A stretch of 64,000 nucleotides of DNA, from positions 1,984,001-2,048,000 of the forward strand of contig CATOCA020000001.1 in NCBI GenBank assembly GCA_951406725.2, read 5' to 3'. The position numbers and the translations under genes were made by a program. Below the pieces are notes generated by a model, which made no database searches, was not told the origin of the DNA, and saw nothing but the letters and a program-made list of their open reading frames with translations. Shown here piece after piece: positions 1-13,438 of the stretch. The stretch comes from Octopus vulgaris. Lineage: Eukaryota. Positions within the stretch are counted from its first letter, which is position 1. Each line of letters opens with the position of its first letter.

Positions 1-425
<425 letters not shown>

Positions 426-426
426 G

Positions 427-1391
427 TGTTGTGGTTCAGCTTAAGGACAGAGCCGGCGACCTACTTTGGGGATGAATCCATTGTTCTGCCAGATGCGGGT
501 TGATTAATTAGCTCTGGGGAAACTCCCCGACCCTGTCAGGTGAATTAGAGTTCAGTTTGTGAGAGACAGTGAGAGAGGATGAGGGGCTGAGGAAGACAGG
601 CAGAGAGTATTGCAGAGCTAAGAGAGAGGGAGATTGCGACAGAGAGATTGGGGTAGTGACAAATCAGTCGGTATTTGGGAGTCAAGGCGAGCAGTTGGCA
701 GTCGGATTTAGCAGTGAGGATTTGGTATTCAAGGCAAGCGGTTGGCGGTTGGATTTAGCGGTTGGCAGTTGGATTTAGCAGTGCTAAGAGAGATGAACTA
801 CAATGTGAGACATTGGCTAATGTAACGATACGTGAATTGAGTAAGGGACTTGTCGATGTGTTATAAAAGCTGGAAAAAGAAATGAAACAGTAAAAAGAAC
901 AATGTGAACTGTATTGATATGTGTTACAGAACTGTTAAAGCAAGAGAGAGATTCTGTTGTAGTCTTTAATGAACATTGAACTGTATATGCCTTTAATGTT
1001 CTTTGAACTGTAACGTTAATGTGATTTGAAACAGAACTGTTGTCTCCGGACTGTATGATGTATTGACTTGATGTTTAATTCGACGTGTACTCTTTAAATG
1101 CTGTTGTTATTGCATTTGATGTGTTGTTACTTGCATGTATTTCCTCTTTGATGTATCTGATATGTATTTGATGTTGTAACAATTATAAAGTGTTATAAAC
1201 TAGTACGTTAAATGTAGGCCAATTGCCTTCTTTGTGTCTCTCTCGATTGCCTCTGTGTCTCTTCTTGCGGCTGTTGTTGTAGTAGTTGTCTCTCTCTCTC
1301 CTCTCCGAGTTTCCGTGGCGAACATTTACTGATCGATCGGGCCTGTGTGAGGGATTCCGTAACAGCTTTCGTTCGGAGGTCCCCCGTAACA
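427..1391. mobile_element. Probable solo LTR inserted in a (TA)n tract
   Basis: About 965 bp non-coding block starting TGTTGTGG and ending CCGTAACA (TG...CA, 6/8 terminal inverted match), with (TA)n on both sides. No clean TSD can be read. Confidence 0.5.
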
Positions 1392-1562
<171 letters not shown>

Positions 1563-1644
1563 CAGATTCAGTTGAATTGAGTTCTTAAGTTGAAGCACCA
1601 AGTCAGTCCGTTATAATCCGCGCGGATCGAAGTAAGGTGAATAA

Positions 1645-1980
1645 AGTCAAAATATGCAGCAGGATATCAAATAGTGATGCAGTACGACCATTTCAAGCGA
1701 GTCCATTGACTTGAAAAATGCAATTATTACATCAATTTAAACGCAGTGCTATCTTCAGCTGCACAAAATAAATATTATTTTTTAACTAGTAGGCTACATT
1801 AATGTTATATTAAAAAATCATGTTTTTGTGTCCATTTATTAAAAAACTCCATTTAGTTTGTGCAGCTGAAGATATAATTGCATTTAAACTGATGTAATGT
1901 TTGCTTTGTTCAATTAAATGGAGTCGCTTGAAACGGTCGTACTGCATTACTACTTGTTATCCTGTTGCTTATTTTGATTA
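1645..1980. mobile_element. Palindromic MITE-like element (long imperfect inverted repeats)
   Basis: Left arm 'gcaggatatcaaatagtgatgcagtacgaccatttcaagcga...cttcagctgcacaaa' is approximately the reverse complement of right arm 'tttgtgcagctgaagat...tcgcttgaaacggtcgtactgcattactacttgttatcctgttgc'. A further single-arm copy lies at about 3733-3900. Confidence 0.7.
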
Positions 1981-2027
1981 CACACACACACACACGCACA
2001 CACACACACACTCACACACATACACAC

Positions 2028-2091
<64 letters not shown>
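1981..2091. repeat. Compound (CA)n/(TA)n microsatellite
   Basis: Directly visible. Confidence 0.95.
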
Positions 2092-2092
<1 letters not shown>

Positions 2093-2355
2093 CAAAGACA
2101 TGTATCACATTATAGCAGGTTTGACAAAAAACCGAGTTTCATTGGGAAAGTAAATTCACAGGCGTATATGACACTGCGAGACTCCAAAACAAACCGTTTT
2201 TTCACTCGATAAAGAATGAGTGAAAAAACGGTAAGGACGATTTGTTTTGGAGTCTCGCAATGCCATATACGCCTGTGAGGATTTACTTTCCCAATGAAAC
2301 TCGGTTTTTTCTCAAACCTTTTCTCAAACCTGCTATAATGTGATACATGTCTTTG
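2093..2355. mobile_element. Palindromic MITE / foldback element
   Basis: About 100-bp arms 'caaagacatgtatcacattatagcaggtttga...gcgagactccaaaacaaa' and 'tttgttttggagtctcgc...tcaaacctgctataatgtgatacatgtctttg', plus an inner hairpin accgttttttcactc / gagtgaaaaaacggt. Confidence 0.8.
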
Positions 2356-2549
2356 GTGTGGTAATTGTACGTGGCTGAAGAAGGCTTTTGATCTACCTGT
2401 TATATCAATTATGCATTGATATAAGTTGTTCAATAAAGCCCGAAACATATGTACCGCAAAATCCTTTACGTCCTGTTTTTCTTTTGATACATATATCCTA
2501 TCACCTATACCACTAGCTGGCATATACAGGTGCTTACATTTATCAAGTA

Positions 2550-3348
2550 CTAGCAGCATAGCCCGGCGTTGCCCGGGTATGTAAGAGCCCCTAGTAGGCA
2601 ACGACTAATCCCAATCTAGTCCTTTCCCTCTAGGGAACGAAGGCGCATGTGTAGGTTGCAATGTCTTCTCTTCACTCCCAAATAACTATCAAACAGCTAT
2701 CGATAATTCAACCCAACCAATTCCTACCAGGAAGAAATTACATTCGAGACTTTACCCCCAACACCGCCACTTCTGCTAATAGCTGCTGCAGCCGCAAGTT
2801 ATTCGAATACTTTTTTGTTTACACTTTCTTTATAACTACCACCCCAAACGTTTTTCCTTAAATTTTTGACGTACCCTAAGGGTCCTCGGACGCTACTTGC
2901 AAACTCGTGGTTTATTATAAACCGCTTTTGTCGTGTGCACCAAACAAACCTTTTCCATTCGCTTGTTCAGTTTGGTCACTTTTGACTTTTTCGTTGTTGT
3001 CACTCACATTGCTGCCCGCTTTTTTGCCGTTTTTGTACATCTTTATACATTTTGGGATACTTACCCCACGTGTTCCGAGAGTTAAAAAGGTCGAGTTGCG
3101 TCCCCTAGACAGTCTGTAGAAAATGTGTTGCATATAAAAAGCTTAGATTCTCGACCCTTGTCGAATTTATCGATTATTTTTCAGGACTGGAGGAACTTTT
3201 CAAAATTTTCGCTGCGTTAGTTTTGAATTATGACATTGGGCTATGTGTGTGTCAAGTTTCATCAGAATCGGTTGAAAACCGTGGTCAGGGTGAGGGTACA
3301 ACCTGACAGACACACAGACAGACAAACTGCCGTTTATATATAGAGAGA
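2550..3348 (-). mobile_element. Non-autonomous Helitron (Lep1-like)
   Basis: On the minus strand: 5'-TC start, internal (CTGT)n, GC-rich subterminal hairpin CCCGGGCAACGCCGGG, 3'-CTAG end, inserted between A and T. The + strand motif 'aagtttcatcagaatcgg' is typical of this family. Confidence 0.8.
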
Positions 3349-3357
3349 TTCACCCTG

Positions 3358-3398
<41 letters not shown>

Positions 3399-3399
3399 G

Positions 3400-3720
3400 T
3401 AAAGAAATCATTCGGTTATGAATGATCATCGGATAGCACCCAGGATGTTAGATGTTACTCTCCGGGGCACGAGCCCGGGTAATGTTTTTATGGAAGACAA
3501 ACAGTGGCCTATGTATGCGACACTCCATTCTCCACGCCACCAATGTCATCTAAGAGAAAGGCAAGGGCCGATACAGCTTGACACCAGTGGCATCAGAACT
3601 CACTTCTAAAGCCTATTGAACTGGAAAAACATGGAAATATTGTGTCTTGCTCAAGCACAAAATCGAACTCCCTACCTCATGAGTGTGAGCCTGAGGTTCT
3701 AACCACTGAGCCTTGCATCT
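3400..3720 (-). mobile_element. Degenerate tRNA-derived SINE fragment
   Basis: 'tgtcttgctcaag...aatcgaactc...ctaaccactgagcc' reads as the reverse complement of an A-box/B-box tRNA-like head followed by a CORE-like segment. Confidence 0.5.
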
Positions 3721-5178
3721 TCATATATATATAATCAAATTAAGCAACAGGATATCAAGTCGTGATACAATACGACCGTTTCAAGCGCCTCCATTCAATT
3801 GAACAATGCAATCAATACATCAATTTAAATGCAGTGCCATCTTTAGCTGTAGAAATAAATGAATAGAATTTTAACCATTCGGATACATTACTGTAATGTT
3901 TCTAAACTATTTTAACAGAGTAAGAAGATGGAAGAAATTAATGTTATCGATATTGTAGCTAAGAAAAAAACTACACTTCCAAGAATCGCATGGAGGCTAT
4001 TGGAGTCATAGTGTTGTAAAGGATTGTAATTCATTTCTAATTTCATTTATCTCTTTATCAACTACTAAATCTAAGACCAGAAGACAGTGTCCTGTTTTGA
4101 ATAAAGGACAAGAATGAGTTGACAGCTCATGGCTAGGTATGGTCATAAATGTTGTCGTATGTATTCCCTTTCCTCTAGGCAGAAAGAAGACATTAGGGGT
4201 AGTCAATTGGATATAAAGTAAGTGTCCATAAAAAGAGGCTTAGTAGTGTAAGACTTTAAATCATGATGTTGATTACCAGTTAAAGGGGCAAGGCGCAAAG
4301 AAACCAAGGATGTTAATGCAGACGAAATTTTATTATGTGTGATTGCTTATAAACAATATTGCTATGTTGTATGAAAAATATAATTAAGATTGTCAAAAAT
4401 GGTATCAATACCGAAATAGGTAAAATGTGTGTCTTTATTTATTATAAACATTAAAAAGGAAAGATTACCGGAGACTAAACAGTATGCCTGTGCCTCAGTA
4501 GAAGGTAAATCTGCAAAATCTAGGTTTTGGTACAATCGATTTAGGCAGATAAAATTTTGGGTAGAAATACATTTGAAGTGGACAAGTTGTCAAAACATGT
4601 TTGTAGATCAATGATTTCTTTAGATACACCAATAACAATTACATCATGTGTGGCAGAATCAGTGGTTTATTTCTCAATGTCCCTGGATTTAGCTATAACT
4701 AGGGGTAGATTTTTACCTGATGTTTTCTTATATGGACCTTTAATGTCGGATTACGTAAGGAACTTTTCTTTTAATATCCGTCACAACAAATGTTCAGAAT
4801 TTTCCTGTGGATGGCCAGATTTTGTTCGACTGCAAAGATGGGGAAAGACACACGGGCCAGCCACCGTGGGGATCATACAACCATAATGCATCTTTGATTG
4901 GCCTGAAGTTAATGGTGCATAGAAACTCAGTACAACTCATCTGTTTTTAAAATATTCTCCAGTTTTGTACATATACATTGTATTGTATTCTCAAAACATT
5001 CTTCTATTTTAGAACAGTGACTTGTTTAGTTATACGGATCTCGTATATATGAAGCTATAGCAAAGGTGGCCCGTCTCTCCAGCCATAAAATTCAAAACCA
5101 GATGTCTAAATATAGAGGACTTGTGAAACAGATTAGATACAATGAAGAGTTTTATATATACATATATTAATGGTTGTA

Positions 5179-5996
5179 CATGATCTTATCAATAAGTATC
5201 CAGACTGTTGCCATAGTAACAAAGCTAAAGCACACAGAGTAAAGTTGCTTGGCACAGATTGACCTTTATCTCTGTTGTGCATGCACGCTAAGTTTTGACT
5301 TTCTAGAGCAATTCCACTGTTTACAGCAGTGCTTGGAACGGAAGGTGTGTAGCGTGTGATCGTCACATTGACAATGATATAGAAAGCTGAGCAGAGAATC
5401 TGCATCAAATTTTGTCAAAAGTTTGACGATTCCTGCTCAGAGGGCCCTAGAAATTTTTCAATAAATTTTTATCGTCCCTGACACAATCAAGGACATCTTG
5501 TGCATCTGAAACCCGCGTGTCCTTTTGGTCATCTGAAAGCAGTTTTTGCACAAATTTGGTAGACACGCGTCTCAAACCCAAATCTTCAGTGGTAATGGCC
5601 CGAACCGTAACAAACCTGCACATCCTCTGATAATTCAAGGATGGTAATTCGATGGTTTACCCACACAACTGTACGCACATCAGCAATGTTTTTTCTCAGT
5701 TCTGGTCGTTGCAGATCTTCCAGAATGTTCGTCAATATCGACATTTTCGGCCATACTTAAAATGTCTGAACCACTCTTACATGTGTGTGTGGCTCATACA
5801 CTCCTCTCCATACACTTTCTGCAACTTTACGTAGGCTTCCAAGCACTGCTGTAAACAGCGGACATGAGCTAGAACATAAAAAATTAGTGCGCATGTACAG
5901 CACAGATTGAGATCAATCTTTGCCAAGCGGCTTCACTCTGCGTGTTTTTGCTTCGTTACTATAGCAACAGTCCGGATACTTATTGATCAGACCTCG
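5179..5996. mobile_element. Rearranged mariner (Tc1/mariner) element with TA target-site duplication
   Basis: TA|CATGATCTTATCAATAAGTATCCAGACTG versus reverse-complement TA|CGAGGTCTGATCAATAAGTATCCGGACTG. Transposase N-terminus 'KAEQRICIKFCQKF' on +, and 'EDLGLRRVSTKFVQKLLSDDQK' (WVPxxL-motif region) on - at 5447-5638. Confidence 0.85.
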
Positions 5997-6338
5997 TATA
6001 TAGACACAAAGTTGTGTACATATATAGTTTTGTTCAGCAGAAATGGAGTCTAGAAGTGAAGTATGGTTTTGGAATATATGTGGTGCACTGCTTTTGTAAT
6101 ATATCAGTCAAGACGTATATTTAACAATCTCTGTATAAATATACACGTGTGTGTGTCTGCGTAGCACTTATACACACATAAATCTGTCCGAACGTGGTTC
6201 TTTAAAATAGAAATTGTGAAACACTCATGAAGGTCACTGCAGAGTTTCATAATATTTTGTGCTGTAAACATGTATACCATGTAAAAATTGATATACATGA
6301 ATGTTATTGATGAAATGTGTTTATATTTTGTTCCATAG

Positions 6339-6481
6339 ATGTCGCTACTGTCATGAGAACATGGCCACCGTGAGACTGCAACCATGTGGAGATCTTGTTC
6401 TCTGCGAGAATTGTTCTTCTGAAATGACATTTAAGAGATGCCCCGTGTGTCGAGAATACACCCTCAGCAAAAGTGAATTTG
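6339..6481 (+). CDS. Internal exon encoding an IAP/Mind-bomb-type (C3HC4_3-like) RING finger of a putative E3 ubiquitin ligase
   Basis: Acceptor 'ttttgttccatag|', donor 'G|gtaaga'. Translation CRYCHENMATVRLQPCGDLVLCENCSSEMTFKRCPVCREYTLSKSEF. Entry phase 2, exit phase 1. Upstream exons were not found in this window. Confidence 0.85.
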
Positions 6482-7429
6482 GTAAGATAATCTTTGGGGC
6501 TCTGTTTGTTGTCTTGTTGACCTTATTGTGTGGAATAATGTGCTTCAAGCTTTCGTGTAAACCCAGGTATGTCATAATGGGACAGATTTATGATAGGTGT
6601 TCCTGGGGTCTTTTCTTTGTGACAGTATATCTATCACTACATCCACTAAATATTGCCTTTACCTAATTTTAAGATGTCACACTTCAAGATGTCTGTCAGG
6701 ATATGTTGTTTAGGTACGTACCCTGAATGTCTCTTTAGGTACGTACCCTGAATTATAAGAAATTAACAAGATTAAAAATCAAATCTCTAAGATTATAAGT
6801 ATAATGATCATTAACGTTGATTAAATATTAAATTTAGTATTGGACGGTGAACATCTGTTTGCATTTAAACAAAATATTGGTGTTGACATAAAATATAAAG
6901 ATAGGAATTAAATATGAGTTCCCTGTGTGACTTGATCTCACAAATCCTTGTTTGTAACTATATATAATATACACTTATTACATTGTTTGAACAACATTTA
7001 CCATCCATATAGTCATTCTTTTTCTCACTCTTGTTAGATTTTAGATGATATTAAAACTAAAAGAGGCACAGTTTTCTGAGTGTTTTACCCTGTGGTTTTA
7101 GTTCTGACTTGATTGTTGCATTCAAATTTGACTACTCCCACAGCTGTTGTCATCCTTTGTCAGGTTCAACTTCTTATTTCCTTCAATTTGGATCTCTGGC
7201 ACTTCTTTATCCACATTTTTAAATCCTCCATACTCCTCCCATATCTGTACCATCTCGTCTCTTGTGCGCTATTTCTGAATCTTCTAAACCCCAGTTTTGC
7301 TTCCAGCTCATCTCTGCTCCGGGACTTCAGCACATTAATATTACACTTCTTCTGAAGTATGCTCACTTCATTTCTTAACAGTTTTCATACATCCTCTATA
7401 CTCTGTGAAACATTCCATTTTACAAATAC

Positions 7430-8440
7430 ACATCAGGGTTCACCAACGATCAGTCCTCAGCCCGCTCCTATTTATTATAGTCCTCCAGACAATAAAAGAG
7501 GAAATTCCAAGACAGGCTGTCCCTGGGAGCCTCTTTATGCTGATGACCTTGCTCTGAATAGTTGAGTCACTGCCAGAACTGGAAACAAAGTTTAGCGTCT
7601 GAAAGCAAGGTCTAGAATCGAAGGGCCTTAGAGTTAACCTAGTCAAAACCAAAGTCCTTGTTAGTAGGAAGGCTGTTAAATCACAACCCCTTTCAGGTAG
7701 ATGGAGATGGTAGAAACTCCACACGATGTAACCGGAGGAAGCTATGGACACATAAAAGGTGCAGCAATATCAAAGAAAGTTAACCAGGAAAATAGTTTTT
7801 GTGTGAGGCAGATGCTCTGGGGCAATAAACACTGAAAGTGTACAGAAAACAGATTCCATCACATTCCAGAGGAAGAAACTAGAAGTAGTTAATAGCTTCT
7901 GCTACCTAGGGGTTCAAGTCTGTAGTGAGTGTGATTGCTCTGCGTGTGTAGAGACTAGAGTAAGAATAGCCTGGGCAAAGTTCAGGGAGCTCCTACCTCT
8001 GCTGGCAACTAAAGGTCTATCACTCAGGGTGAAAGGTAGACTGCATGATGCATGTGTGCGAACAGCCATGTTACATGGAAGGAAACATGGGCTGCATGGA
8101 TGCTGAGGACATGCGTAGGCTTGAAAGAAATGAAGCTTGTATGATCCGCTGGATGTGTAACGTCAGTGTGCAATCACGACAAAGTTGGGCATAAGAAGCA
8201 TCAAATGTGGTGTGCAAGTGAGGCGACTGTGCTGGTATGGTCATGTGTTACGTATGAATGAAGACAGCTGTGTGATGAAGTTCCACTCCCTCACTGTAGA
8301 AGGAACCTGTAGAAGAGGTAGACCCAGGAAGACATGGGATGAGGTGATGAAGTATGACCTTCAAACATTGGCCTCACAATGGCAATAACAGGACACCGGG
8401 ATCTTGGGAGATACGCTTAGATTGAGAAAACCCTCTAGTG
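7430..8440 (+). mobile_element. 5'-truncated, frameshifted RTE-clade LINE (RT and C-terminus)
   Basis: 'GCPWEPLYADDLAL' RT motif and 'RRLCWYGHVLRM...RGRPRKTW' C-terminal motif characteristic of RTE ORF2. Confidence 0.88.
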
Positions 8441-8559
8441 AATTCACCCACACACTGTTGGGGTGTATGCGCAGTAGTCCTCTAAATCCAAAATATTGAC
8501 ACCCATCAATACAGTAAGCATTTTGCATTCACTCTTACTCCGTATTTTGGCGACATTGA

Positions 8560-10000
8560 ATATAAATTTCGAAGAAGCACCAATGCACATTATTAACCTT
8601 TGTGCCAGGAAGTTGGTCACGGAAATAATTTACTGGAACCTTTGATTTAAGTGCTCATATGGTGCGGAAATCACAGCAACTGAGCAAAGAAGAGGCTATT
8701 TTGGCTCATCCTGACCCAAGGAAAGGTACGTCCCGGGACGTCAGAATCGAAGGAATATTCACGTATTTGTCAAGCTAAAAAGGAAATTGTTACTGTAATT
8801 GAGAACGGATTAAAAGTCCACCGACTAAAATAGCCATTGCTTGTGAATCTTCAGAAATAGTTTTGTGTGGAATTCAAGGAAAACGCTGGATATAATAAGG
8901 TAGATTTTTGAAAGTTTTATGAATTGCAACTGAAATGAACGGATAATACAATTGTATGAGTCGGAGGAATATTCGCTTCTTTGTGACTTGCAACCAAAAT
9001 GCTGTGTTCAAGTTACTACCTCAGGCACGCATTCAGTATGTGTCTGTGAGAATCACCAACATGCAAAACGTATCGCCGCTGCCATTCCTGGTAGTCACGA
9101 CTACACAGACTTGCTTGGCAAAATGGTCTCTTCCGTGAGCAATCGAGATTGTATGTTGCTCCTATGTGAGTCCCGTCCTTTTGAACAACGTTTTTTATTA
9201 GACGTATTTTAATCACTTGGAGGTTTAGTAACGCACAAACAGTTGGCACATGTGGACTGGTCAGCTCCTCCTTTAGGACTCACTTCCCCAGTGAATGCCT
9301 TCATTCAAACCGCTGAAAGTGGGTTTGAATCTCTACAACAACACCATTTCATAGCAGAGGCCCAATCTTGTTTCCTTAATCATCAAAAAGATGACCTGAC
9401 ATCAAGTGAAGCAATAGTATTGTTGGACTTCACAAAAAAAAATTATAGCTTTGTAGTACAGGACGCCCTGCAAGGGTTTCATCGGAACAAATCCCAGGCA
9501 AATATTCATCCATTCGCGATCTACTATAAGACTGGTTCAAACCCACAATGCACTTCAATCTGTGTCATATCTGATTGTTTGAAACGTGACAACCCCATAG
9601 TGCATGCTTATATTACGAGGGTGATATCGCATATAAAGACAGAACTTCCATTCATAAACCATCTCCTGTACTTCAGTGACGGTGCAGCCGACCAATACAA
9701 GAACTAGAGACACCAAACAAATCTCTGTCATCATCAGAATAATCAAGGACTTGCAGTAGAGTGGCATTTTTCTCCATGTCATGTGCAAAAAAGTCTACAA
9801 GTAGCCACAGAAAGACATTTTCTCACGGATCCCAAGGTGTGTAGCTGAGTATGTGCAAGCATTCCAGGAATAATGTTCTTTTACGTCTGAAACGAAAACA
9901 GTAGAACAGTGAAATTAATTGGCACAAGATCCCATCACTGCTTCATTCTTTCTTCAAGATCTGATCTTCTAATGAAAAGAATATCAGCCGATGACAATTT
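8560..10000 (+). mobile_element. Degenerate DNA-transposon transposase (Sola2-like)
   Basis: Fragments 'THSVCVCENHQH', 'LLDFTKKNYSFVVQDALQGFH', 'CVISDCLKRD', 'YFSDGAADQYKN', with many stops and frameshifts. The superfamily call is from motif memory. Confidence 0.65.
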
Positions 10001-10567
10001 CACTCTTTTAGGTGAGGAGCAGCCAGCATCTGAGCTGCATATTTCAAAGTTACAATCCTGAAAATATGTTGGATACACGAATGAAAATGTTTAACAAGGA
10101 GATCAAGTGAGCAGGTTTATTCTACGTGAAGTGTCTGTCATGTGTTTATGGTAAGATCATTGATGACCAAACTGGTTGCCATCGGAATTAAGCAAAGATG
10201 AGAATAATGTTGGTTAGAGAAGGGCAGAAGTGAGGGCACAATTTCACGTCATATGTTTAGTGCAGATATAAGAAAGGAAAGACAAACCTAATAAAAGATT
10301 GGTGTTATCAAGTGATAATTAAATGAAATAATGACACAGTTGTTAGATTATGTCGAATGTCTCAAAAGATAAAGGAAATTTTGGAAGGCAGTGTAAATAT
10401 TAAACTATTACATGGTAATCCATGTTCAAACTATAAACATTCTAACCAAAACCTTTGTCTTCAACAGTTGATTATGTATGAAAGAATCCCTGATATAAAA
10501 TATAGATTATTAATAAAGATGGAGAAATTTTTCTATAATGTTTAAAACTTGGAAATATTCATTTCAG

Positions 10568-10618
10568 TGAATCGAACATTTGAAGTCAAGGAAACACAGA
10601 CATTGGCTGAACCTGTTG
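10568..10618 (+). CDS. 51-nt symmetric (phase 1-1) linker exon, copy 1: (V)NRTFEVKETQTLAEPV
   Basis: Acceptor 'attcatttcag|', donor 'G|gtgagt'. Open and in phase with the RING exon exit. Confidence 0.65.
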
Positions 10619-10924
10619 GTGAGTATAAAATAACAGCACTTGATTGATTTCTGTAAGGTTTATCCCGCTGAACTATTTTGATATCAGAATGATAAAGATC
10701 AGCTTCCATTCTTACCTGTCAATGGGAAGTTTTAGCATTAAACTAATCATATTAAACATATCGATACTATTGACATTTCATAAAGTATCCAATCAGGTTA
10801 GCACGGTTGGTGAAATGGATAAATTAGAAGCGAAATAGATTTCAGGTTCTCTTTTGGAACAGCCAAATAATATATGTTGTGGTTTAACAGGTGAGGTAAT
10901 GACAAAGGTTTTGTTTGTTTTATA

Positions 10925-11352
10925 CTCTTTTACTCGGTTCAGTCATTTGACTGTCACCATGCTGGAGCACCACCTTTTTAGTCGACCAAATCGACCCTAG
11001 GACTTATTCTTTGTAAGCCTAGTACTAATTCTATCGGTCTCTTTAGCCAAACCGATGCATTACCTAGACGGAAACACACCAGCACCGGTTGTCAAGCAAT
11101 GTTGGGAGGACAAACACATACACACATACATACATACATACATACATACATACATACATACATACATACATACATACATACATACATACGACGGGCTTCT
11201 TTCAGTTCCTGTCTACCAAAGCAACTTACAAGGCTTTGGTTGGCTCGAAGATATAGAAGAAGACACTTGCCCAAGGTGCCACACAGTGGGACTGACCCAG
11301 AACCATCTAGTTCGTAAGCAAGCTACTTACCACACAGCCACTCCTACGCCTG
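10925..11352 (-). mobile_element. tRNA-derived CORE-type SINE (octopus-like) with internal (TACA)n
   Basis: Minus strand reads AGGCGTAGGAGTGGCTGTGTGGTAAG (A box) ... GGGTCAGTCCC (B-box-like) ... ACCTTGGGCAAGTGTCTT (CORE-like). Confidence 0.85.
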
Positions 11353-12700
11353 TATTTTAAAAATGTTTACTGACAAGATATTCTTGTTATTTTACCTGAT
11401 GTCTCTCATAATCTGGCAGACTTGCAATGAAATGGGTTCCAAATATGACCACCCTCATATTTTTCACTGATAATAAATCTATCATTGCATCCAGTAAACA
11501 TTGTCTTTATTCAAGTGGAAGACGTTGGTTTGCTGCTCAGAAAACCGTTGTCTCTTTCCCTTTCTTCAAACTTCATAGAGGCTGTATGATACAATACAAT
11601 CAAATACATTCAAAGAGACATCGGATGGGTTGAAAGAAGAAAGGATAGTGAACACCTTAGATAAAAGCTCCTTAAGAACCCTTCTGATGGTACTAGGATA
11701 TTTTTGCCGATGTTAAGTGGGGGAGATTATAATGCACTAAAGATGAAGTGAACAAGAATATACGGGAGACATAAGAGGACGTAGTGTTTCTTGGTTACAA
11801 GACCACATCCATACGAACCGTGATTATAGTTCCTATGTTTCAGTATGTTTTGATGGTATTGTGTTTTCGATTCATTTCATAGGAAACACTATGTTGTGGA
11901 ACATTTCTGTATACATACTTGACACTAATTAGATGTATTTTATAAAACATTTTAGAAACATTTTCAATTAGTTGACGTCAATGATCATTAGTGACAAATG
12001 TGGTAAAACAGTGATGGTGGAATGGGGTGTGAGCAGGGTTTCATATTCCTTGTAATGTGGGTAACATCAGAAGAGAAATTTCTACAGAGGTGTTCATTTC
12101 GTCCCCTCAGATTTGATTGAACTGAGTTTTCAGCCCCTTCAGAGGCACCGCATTGATTAAGGGGACATCAAAGGAGAGACGAATGTTTGGTTGATATATA
12201 GAAGAGGGTTGTCAGAGATATCCTAGAGTTTTCAGAATCACTTCCATTCTACCACTTAAAGTGGTGTGTGTAATGTGTTTATGGTTAGATCATGGATAAC
12301 CAAACTGGTTGCCATTGGAATTAAGCAAAGCTGAGAATAATGTTGGTTAGAGAAGGGCAGAAGTGAGGGCACAATTTCAAGTCATATGTTTAGTGCAGAT
12401 ATAAGAAAGGAAAGACAAACCTAATAAAAGATTGGTGTTATCAAGTGATAATTAAATGAAATAATGACACGGTTGTTAGATTATGTCGAATGTCTCAAAA
12501 GATAAAGGAAATTTTGGAAGGCAGTGTAAATATTGAACTATTACATGGTAATCCTGTTGAAACTATAAACATTCTAACCAAAATTATTGTCTTCAACAGT
12601 TGATCATCAATGAAAGGAATCCCTGATATAAAATATAGATTATTAATAAAGATAGAGAAATTTTTCTATAATGTTTAAAACTTGGAAATATTCATTTCAG

Positions 12701-12751
12701 TGAATCGAACATTTGAAGTCAAGGAAACACAGACATTGGCTGAACCTGTAG
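12701..12751 (+). CDS. 51-nt linker exon, copy 2
   Basis: Same splice sites and peptide as copy 1, with one synonymous change GTT>GTA. Confidence 0.62.
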
Positions 12752-13059
12752 GTGAGTATAAAATAACAGCACTTGATTGATTTCTGTAAGGTTTATTCTC
12801 TGCTGAACTATTTTGATATCAGAATGATAAAGATCAGCTTCCATTCTTACCTGTCAATGGGAAGTTTTAGCATTAAACTAATCATATTAAACATATCGAT
12901 ACTATTGACGTTTCATAAAGTATCCAATCAGGTTAGCACGGTTGGTGAAATGGATAAATTAGAAGCAAAATAGATTTCAGGTTCTCTTTTGGAACAGCCA
13001 AATAATATATGTTGTGGTTTAACAGGTGAGGTAATGACAAAGGTTTTGTTTGTTTTATA

Positions 13060-13438
13060 CTCTTTAACTCGGTTCAGTCATTTGACTGTCTCCATGCTGG
13101 AGCCCACCTTTTTAGTCGACCAAATCGACCCTAGGACTTATTCTTTGTAAGCCTAGTACTTATTCTATCGGTCTCTTTAGCCAAACTGCTATGGTACGGG
13201 ACGGAAACACACCAGCACCGGTTGTCAAGCAATGTTGGGAGGACAAACACATACACACATACATACATATATACATACATACATATATACATACATACAT
13301 ACAACATACATACGACGGGCTTTGGTTGGCTCGAGGCTATAGTAGAAGACACTTGCCCAAGGTGCCACACAGTGGGACTGAACCCAGAACCATCTGTTTC
13401 GTAAGCAAGATACTTGCCACACAGCCACTCCTACGCCT
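13060..13438 (-). mobile_element. SINE copy within tandem unit 2 (internal deletion)
   Basis: Matches 10925-11352 but lacks the 'ttctttcagttcc...acaaggc' segment. Confidence 0.85.

Noticed and set aside
6482-6666. Hydrophobic tail of ORF 6301-6666 as a transmembrane segment
   Set aside because: It lies after a strong GTAAGA donor and is most likely T-rich intron read-through.
7045-7079. Possible small exon after the RING (ttttag|ATGATATTAAAACTAAAAGAGGC...)
   Set aside because: Good acceptor but no canonical donor ('ctgagt') and an in-frame TGA. It cannot be supported without transcripts.
11290-11352. tRNA gene
   Set aside because: The A/B boxes belong to a SINE head that continues into CORE-like and microsatellite sequence, and no full cloverleaf is seen.
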